From: a cyanobacterium endosymbiont of Braarudosphaera bigelowii
GTDB taxonomy: Bacteria; Cyanobacteriota; Cyanobacteriia; Cyanobacteriales; Microcystaceae
DNA: 32,000 nt
Direction of reading: 5' to 3'
Assembly: GCF_020885515.1 (NCBI RefSeq)
Contig: NZ_AP024987.1
Span: forward strand, 600,001-632,000
Both the position numbers and the translations under genes were made by a program. The stretch's first letter is position 1, and each line of letters begins with the position of its first letter. The notes under the pieces are model-generated. The model had not been told where the DNA came from. It was given only the letters and a program-made list of their open reading frames with translations, and ran no database searches. Positions 26,337 to 32,000 of the stretch are shown piece by piece.

Positions 26337-28775
26337 ATGAAAACGCTACAATCACTAAAAAAGAACTTAATAAAACTTATACAAGAAAATTATTTCAAAC
26401 ATTTTGGACTAAAGAAAAAACACAATTTTGAATCAGAAATTATTTACGAATCAAATTGGTTAACTAAGCTACATAAATCAGAATCAATAAAAAAAATTTA
26501 CCCGCCATTAATGTGGGGGGTAACGGTTATATCACTTTCTAGTGTTATTGGATATCGCTTCTATAATCAGCCTCAATTGTCTGTAGGGACTATTTCGCCA
26601 GTAAAAGTCATTGCTCCTAAAGACGGTACTTTTGAAGATAGAAAAACTACTGAAGATAAACGTAAGGAAGTTCGTACAGGTGTTATTCCTGTTTTAAAGA
26701 GAGATCCAAAGCTTACGAAAGAACTTAAAGGAGAACTTAAAAGAACTATTTCTGAGATCGAACAGTTGCGTAAAAAAATAAATCTCTTTTCTTCTATCGA
26801 AGTTGTAATTATTCCTCCTGCTACTCAGAAATACTTAAGAAAAGTAAATGAACGAGATTGGCAAATAATTCAATTAGTAATTATTAGTCGTAATTTTCAA
26901 AATATCCCAAAGTCGAAACCTAAAATTAGACAAGTAATATCTCAGTTAATTGCTTATAGCAATGCAACTTCCTCAACATCTCTCAAAAATCTTTTAGAAA
27001 AAATTGAGCAATCTCGACAACTTTATAGTCAAACTAAAGCTGAAGTTTCAAATAATCAAACATCTTATTTAACATCAGAACTGTTTACAACTTTTCTAAA
27101 TCTTGATGATTACACTTGGCAAACTACAGAAAAAATATTACAAACAACCTTAAATAGAATTCTTCTCCAAGGACTTCATCCTGGAATTCCTGATTATTTA
27201 TTGAAAGAAATAATTAATATTCAACTGGAATCCACTACTTCAGCTGTTCCTAAACCAGCCATAACTCAGCTTCTAATGAGAATTCTTAAAAGTCAACATA
27301 ATTTAACAGTAGACAAAGACGCAACAAAACAAAGAGCAGAACAAGCTGCGCAAGCAGTTGAAGCAGTTATAGTAAAAGTTAAAGCAGGAGATATAATCGT
27401 AGAACTAGGAGAATACATCACTCAAGAGAAATTTGTTCTTCTTGATAGTTTTCGACTAAGTCGTCGAGGAATAAATTGGATTGGACTATTCATTTCTGTA
27501 CTAATAGTTATAGGTACAGTTATTATATTTTGTTTAATTAGTCAAAGGATCAATCATTCTATACGTCGAAGAGATCATATTTTGATTTGTTTATTAAGTT
27601 TAAGTACTCCACTTCTAGGAATTTTTAATTTAGGCTACACAAATCTTCCAGCTATAGGATTATTATCTAGTAGCTTTTACGGTCCTACTTTAGCAATAAC
27701 TCAGGTAGTTTTATTAAGTGGTTTATCAGCATTTGCAGCAACTAACATCAATTGGAGCTATATCCTGGCAGGTACTGCAGGAGGACTATTAGCTGCTTCT
27801 GTAGCTTGGAAGCTTAGATCCCGCGACGAGTTAGCTTGTTTAGGTGGAGTAGTTGGTATAGTACAAGGAAGTCTCTATTTTGTTTGTTATTTAATTATAG
27901 CTCCGGCAGTAGGAACAATTTGGTCAGTAATTTTGCCTGAATCAATGATTTATGGTCTATCTGGGATTGCTTGGAGTGTAATGGGGTTAGGAATTTCTCC
28001 GTATTTGGAACGTTTATTTGATTTAGTAACACCAATTAGATTAGTAGAATTAGCTAATCCCAATTGTGGATTATTAAAAAGATTAGCAACAGAAACACCA
28101 GGAACATTTCAACATACTCTTTTTGTCGCATGTTTGGCAGAAGCAGCGGCAAGAGAATTAGACTGTAATGTTGAACTAGTTAGAACTGGAACTTTATATC
28201 ATGATATTGGCAAATTACATGATCCTATGGGTTTTATCGAAAATCAAATGGGAGCTCCTAATAAACATGACTTGATAAATGATCCATGGCAAAGTGTAAG
28301 AATTATTAAGAAACATGTTAGTGAAGGTTTAGCTATGGCAAATAAATATGGTTTACCAAAAGTAATTTGTGATTTTATACCTGAACATCAAGGTACATTA
28401 CTAATCTCTTATTTTTATCATCAAGCAGCACAGGAGGCACAAAATAGTGGACAAGACCAAATTTCTGAAGAAGGGTTTAGATATGCTGGACCTATTCCTC
28501 AATTACGTGAAACAGGAATTGTCATGCTAGCAGATGGATGCGAAGCTGCATTAAGATCTTTGAAAGAAGCAACTCCAGAAATGGCTTTAGTAATGGTTCA
28601 AAAAATTTTTAAAGCTCGTTGGCGTGATAATCAACTAAAAGATAGCGGCATTAGATATGAAGAATTATCTATAATTGCTGAAGTTTTTGTTAAAGTTTGG
28701 CAACAGTTTCATCATCAGAGAATTGTTTATCCAAAATCTGCTCTTGAGCCTACAAACAATGGCAAAGTAAGTTAA
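26337..28775 (+). CDS. 7TM-receptor HD-domain protein (7TMR-HDED / PgpH-like HD-family phosphohydrolase; possible cyclic-di-AMP phosphodiesterase)
   Basis: 812 aa. An N-terminal TM anchor, an extracytoplasmic domain of about 330 aa, a seven-helix block (residues about 385-560), then a cytoplasmic HD domain (HTLFVACLAEAAA, LYHDIGK, HQGT). This architecture matches the PgpH/YqfF family. The substrate is not inferable from sequence alone. Confidence 0.75.
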   Translation: MKTLQSLKKNLIKLIQENYFKHFGLKKKHNFESEIIYESNWLTKLHKSESIKKIYPPLMWGVTVISLSSVIGYRFYNQPQLSVGTISPVKVIAPKDGTFEDRKTTEDKRKEVRTGVIPVLKRDPKLTKELKGELKRTISEIEQLRKKINLFSSIEVVIIPPATQKYLRKVNERDWQIIQLVIISRNFQNIPKSKPKIRQVISQLIAYSNATSSTSLKNLLEKIEQSRQLYSQTKAEVSNNQTSYLTSELFTTFLNLDDYTWQTTEKILQTTLNRILLQGLHPGIPDYLLKEIINIQLESTTSAVPKPAITQLLMRILKSQHNLTVDKDATKQRAEQAAQAVEAVIVKVKAGDIIVELGEYITQEKFVLLDSFRLSRRGINWIGLFISVLIVIGTVIIFCLISQRINHSIRRRDHILICLLSLSTPLLGIFNLGYTNLPAIGLLSSSFYGPTLAITQVVLLSGLSAFAATNINWSYILAGTAGGLLAASVAWKLRSRDELACLGGVVGIVQGSLYFVCYLIIAPAVGTIWSVILPESMIYGLSGIAWSVMGLGISPYLERLFDLVTPIRLVELANPNCGLLKRLATETPGTFQHTLFVACLAEAAARELDCNVELVRTGTLYHDIGKLHDPMGFIENQMGAPNKHDLINDPWQSVRIIKKHVSEGLAMANKYGLPKVICDFIPEHQGTLLISYFYHQAAQEAQNSGQDQISEEGFRYAGPIPQLRETGIVMLADGCEAALRSLKEATPEMALVMVQKIFKARWRDNQLKDSGIRYEELSIIAEVFVKVWQQFHHQRIVYPKSALEPTNNGKVS

Positions 28776-28796
28776 TTGTTAAAAGGAATATCTTAA

Positions 28797-29963
28797 ATGA
28801 ATTTTGAAAAGTATATTTTTTCAAGAAAATTATTAATTAGTGTCTTATTTTTTACTTTAAATGCTTGTAATAGCAATAGCTTTTTAGAAACAAGATTTTT
28901 TCCTAGTACTAAATTAGGCGAAAAGATAGAGTCCCAGTTACTATCTAAATACAAATTTTTTACTTATTATCCATCAATTATACCTCAGTATCCTAACTCA
29001 TATATAGAAAAAATACCTGAAGCTTTAACAGACGATAAAGGTATCATTTTTTTTCTATCTGATGATTCTATAGAGACAATAAGTGATTTTTATAATCAAC
29101 AATTTAAATCAGATTCTTGGGAGATTGTTAAATTTTTTAGTAAAGAAGATAAAAGTTTTATAGCAAGAAAAAAGGGTTTAGAAGTGGAATTAATATTTTT
29201 ATCTCACGACACAACAACTAATTATTTTATAACTTATAAAAGTACAAGAATTTCTGTTACAGAAGAAGTAAAAAAGAATTACGATAATGAAGTTGGAAAA
29301 TTTAAGAATATTCCAGAAGTGTTATATTCATACGTTAATGACTTAGTAGCTTTGGGAACACTAGATTTAGAAAATATTAATAAAAATAGTCAATCACTTG
29401 ATATAAACACTGAAATAAATCGTAGAACTTATGCAAAATGGATTTTCAAAACGTACAATAAATTTTATCAGGATATTCCAGAAAAACAAATTAGACCAGT
29501 AACATTTAATTCAAAACCTGTTTTTTCTGATGTTCCTATGAACGATCCAGACTATTTCTTTATACAGGGATTAGCAGAAGCAGGAATTATTTCATCCTCT
29601 TTAAGTGGAGATAATAATTCATTATTATTTTATCCTAATGCTTATCTGACGAGAGAGGATTTGATAGTGTGGAAAACTCCCCTAGATCTAGGTAGAGGGT
29701 TACCAATAATTTCTAGTATACATACCGAAAAAACTTGGGGTTTTGAAGACATAGTCACTATTAAAACGAAAGCTCGACAAGCCCTATATGTGGATTTCCA
29801 TAATAAAGATAAATCTAATGTACGTCGTATTTTTGGTTATATCACATTATTTCAACCAAAAAAGCCAGTTACATTAGCTGAAGCAATTACTAGTCTATGG
29901 TACTTTGGATATCAGGAAAAAGGATTTTCAGCGTATGATATCTTGCAGAAACAAAAAATTTAG
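28797..29963 (+). CDS. Probable lipoprotein with three C-terminal SLH (S-layer homology)-like repeats
   Basis: 388 aa. Signal peptide with a lipobox-like FFTLNA|C. SLH-like repeats are FKNIPEVLYSYVNDLVALGTLD..., FSDVPMNDPDYFFIQGLAEAGIISS...FYPNAYLTREDLIVW and FEDIV...FQPKKPVTLAEAITSLW. It starts 21 nt after the upstream gene. Confidence 0.65.
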   Translation: MNFEKYIFSRKLLISVLFFTLNACNSNSFLETRFFPSTKLGEKIESQLLSKYKFFTYYPSIIPQYPNSYIEKIPEALTDDKGIIFFLSDDSIETISDFYNQQFKSDSWEIVKFFSKEDKSFIARKKGLEVELIFLSHDTTTNYFITYKSTRISVTEEVKKNYDNEVGKFKNIPEVLYSYVNDLVALGTLDLENINKNSQSLDINTEINRRTYAKWIFKTYNKFYQDIPEKQIRPVTFNSKPVFSDVPMNDPDYFFIQGLAEAGIISSSLSGDNNSLLFYPNAYLTREDLIVWKTPLDLGRGLPIISSIHTEKTWGFEDIVTIKTKARQALYVDFHNKDKSNVRRIFGYITLFQPKKPVTLAEAITSLWYFGYQEKGFSAYDILQKQKI

Positions 29964-30146
29964 ATTAGTCCCAAAGATTACCACAATAATTACTTGCGAC
30001 TTATAGATATGATAAAAAATACTTTTAAACTTTATTTTGTAATAATTAAAGTTTAATTGTTATTATTTGTATAAAATAGCAATTTTTTAACTTTTCATTA
30101 GATTAGTTTTTTAAAAGTATAAATTAACATAAATTTTATAAAATAT

Positions 30147-31286
30147 ATGATTAACAAACCAATTAAGCCTTTTTATTTTGACTTAACAGAAGAAGAAATT
30201 GATTTATTTAAGAATGAATGTGGAAGAATTCTTAGTTCAGGTAAGCTAATTCTCGGAGAAAATACTCTAGCATTCGAAAAAGCCTTCGCTGAGTATGTAG
30301 GAGTAAAACATGCAATTGCTGTTAATACTGGATCTTCTGGTTTAGAAATCATTTTAAGACTTAAAAATATAAAAAATACAACTGTATTAGTACCAACAAA
30401 TACAAATTTTGCTACTGTAGCCGCCGTATTAAGAGCTGGAGGAATAGTAAAATATCTAGATATGGATGAAAATACATTTTCACCCTCTTTACAGATGGTA
30501 ATAGATGCAGTGAGAGAAGGTACAATTCCTTCTATTTCCGGAGTATTATGGGTTCATATTGGAGGAGTAATTTCACCTGAATTTCCTGCAATAGTAGATT
30601 ACTGCCATGATAATGATCTGTTTGTTTTGGAAGATACTGCTCATGCTCATGGAAGTCAAATTAATGGAGTTCAAGCTGGTAATTTAGCGGATGGTGCCTC
30701 TTTTTCTTTCTTTCCTACTAAAATTATGACAACCTTTGAAGGAGGAATGATTACTCTTAATGATCAAGAAGAAGATTATATCGCTCGCTCACTAAGAAAT
30801 CAGGGAAAAAGAGGAATGGATTTTGGTGGATTACATACGGATTTTGGAAATAGTAGTCGTATGACAGAAGTTCATGCAGTTTTAGGACTCATTCAACTAG
30901 CTAAATTATCGAAAATGATTGCTAAAAGACAAAAATGTTATGACATAATTACGAAACACTTACAAACAGCTAATATTAAATTCATTTCTACAGAACATAT
31001 GGATAGTGCTAGCCAATATAAGTTGATAGTCCTATTACCTAAGGATAAAAGTGTGGAAAAAGTAAAAAAATCTTTATCCAATGAAAAGATACTTTTGGGA
31101 GGAGAAGTTTATCAAATTCCTTGCCACTTACAACCTGTTTTTAAAGATATCAATATAAAGCAAAATCTCCCTATCTCAGAGTATTGGTGTCCTCGTCATA
31201 TTTGTCCCCCACTTACATCTGGGATGACAGAAGAAGAAGCAGATATTACAGGAAGTATGTTAGTAAAATATTTAACAGCTAATTAG
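30147..31286 (+). CDS. DegT/DnrJ/EryC1/StrS-family PLP-dependent sugar aminotransferase
   Basis: 379 aa. LGENTLAFEKAFAEYVG, NTGSSGLE, EDTAHAHG and the PLP-lysine motif SFFPTKIMTTFEGGM. Confidence 0.85.
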   Translation: MINKPIKPFYFDLTEEEIDLFKNECGRILSSGKLILGENTLAFEKAFAEYVGVKHAIAVNTGSSGLEIILRLKNIKNTTVLVPTNTNFATVAAVLRAGGIVKYLDMDENTFSPSLQMVIDAVREGTIPSISGVLWVHIGGVISPEFPAIVDYCHDNDLFVLEDTAHAHGSQINGVQAGNLADGASFSFFPTKIMTTFEGGMITLNDQEEDYIARSLRNQGKRGMDFGGLHTDFGNSSRMTEVHAVLGLIQLAKLSKMIAKRQKCYDIITKHLQTANIKFISTEHMDSASQYKLIVLLPKDKSVEKVKKSLSNEKILLGGEVYQIPCHLQPVFKDINIKQNLPISEYWCPRHICPPLTSGMTEEEADITGSMLVKYLTAN

Positions 31287-31389
31287 TTATTAATTGTATT
31301 CAGCTCTCATCTCTAGATAAAATTAGAAGTGATTTTTCTGAAAAATTATAGATTTATTAGTTGATATTAGTAGAAACCTTATCAATTAG

Positions 31390-31434
31390 ATTCTTCAGTA
31401 GCGATAAGCATTCCGATTATTGCTACTGAAGAAT
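31390..31434. terminator. Hairpin between convergent DegT-like gene and cysK; probable bidirectional terminator
   Basis: attcttcagtagc (31390..31402) pairs with gctactgaagaat (31422..31434): 13 perfect bp. The stem extends by one G:U and four A:T pairs to 18 bp, with a 9-nt loop. No clear U-tract on either side. Confidence 0.5.
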
Positions 31435-31470
31435 ATAGCTAACTATTACAATTGTTAAAAATTACTCTTT

Positions 31471-32000
31471 TTACTCAGACATTTCTAAATCGTGAAATAA
31501 AACAGTACTTAGGTAACGTTCACCAAAACTTGGTTGTATCATAACAATTAATTTATTTTTATTTTCTGGTCTTTTGCCAATTTTTACTGCAGCACATAAA
31601 GCTGCTCCTGTAGATATACCTGACAATAATCCTTCTTCTTTAGCAAGTCGTCGTGCATATTCAATTGCTTCTGTATCTTCAACTGTAACTATCTCATCAA
31701 TTAATTTGATATCTAAAACTTTAGGAATAAAACCTGCTCCAATACCTTGAATTTTATGCCCTCCTGGACTACCTCCTGAGAGTATTGGACTATTAGATGG
31801 TTCAACTGCAATTGTTTGAAAGTCTAGTTTTTTTTCTTTAAGAATACTTGCAATTCCAGTAATCGTACCTCCGGTACCTACACCAGCAACAAGAATATCT
31901 ATATTACCATCGGTATCTTTCCAGATTTCTTCTGCTGTAGTTAGGCGATGTATTTGGGGGTTAGCAGGATTATTGAATTGTTGTAGCATATAAGTATTAG
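31471..32000 (-). CDS. cysK: Cysteine synthase A (O-acetylserine sulfhydrylase), C-terminal part; N-terminus lies beyond the window end
   Basis: [41 protein letters not shown] and SGISTGAA are typical CysK. The frame stays open upstream of the ORF-track Met (..NTY-MLQQF), so the gene continues past 32000. Confidence 0.9.
   Translation of the reverse strand, partial: NTYMLQQFNNPANPQIHRLTTAEEIWKDTDGNIDILVAGVGTGGTITGIASILKEKKLDFQTIAVEPSNSPILSGGSPGGHKIQGIGAGFIPKVLDIKLIDEIVTVEDTEAIEYARRLAKEEGLLSGISTGAALCAAVKIGKRPENKNKLIVMIQPSFGERYLSTVLFHDLEMSE

Overview
AT-rich (roughly 30% GC by eye, not computed) cyanobacterial chromosome segment made almost entirely of housekeeping genes. I support 22 protein genes, two of them cut by the window edges, plus one one-piece tmRNA and one tRNA-Gly(UCC). 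In order: Sll0418-like plastoquinol/tocopherol methyltransferase (partial), mnmG, a co-directional CPBP protease / GT39 ArnT-like / second GT-C-like membrane-protein cluster, class A PBP, the N-terminal half of a split dnaE ending in a 99-aa split-intein N-fragment, solanesyl-diphosphate synthase, murI, a CPA2 cation/proton antiporter, glk-proB, plastocyanin petE, typA/bipA, ssrA, hemB, tRNA-Gly, lgt, a 7TM-receptor HD-domain (PgpH-like) protein, an SLH-domain lipoprotein, a DegT-family aminotransferase and cysK (partial). I saw no rRNA, CRISPR, transposase, integrase, phage, toxin-antitoxin or defence-island content. All short ORF-track entries antisense to these genes look spurious. I did not find a convincing novel multi-gene system, and most of the window is ordinary core genome. 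The items worth a second look are: a 31-bp perfect palindrome just upstream of typA; the three-gene polytopic-membrane cluster; the compact split intein; a 908-bp ORF-free spacer upstream of the PBP gene; the lgt / 7TMR-HD / SLH-lipoprotein cluster; a canonical-looking NtcA-type promoter; two HIP1 octamers in an AT-rich background; and a set of long, sequence-unrelated perfect hairpins at gene ends. One-piece tmRNA with an ANNIV... tag, split dnaE and HIP1 point (by inference) to a genome-reduced relative of the Synechocystis/Crocosphaera-Cyanothece lineage.
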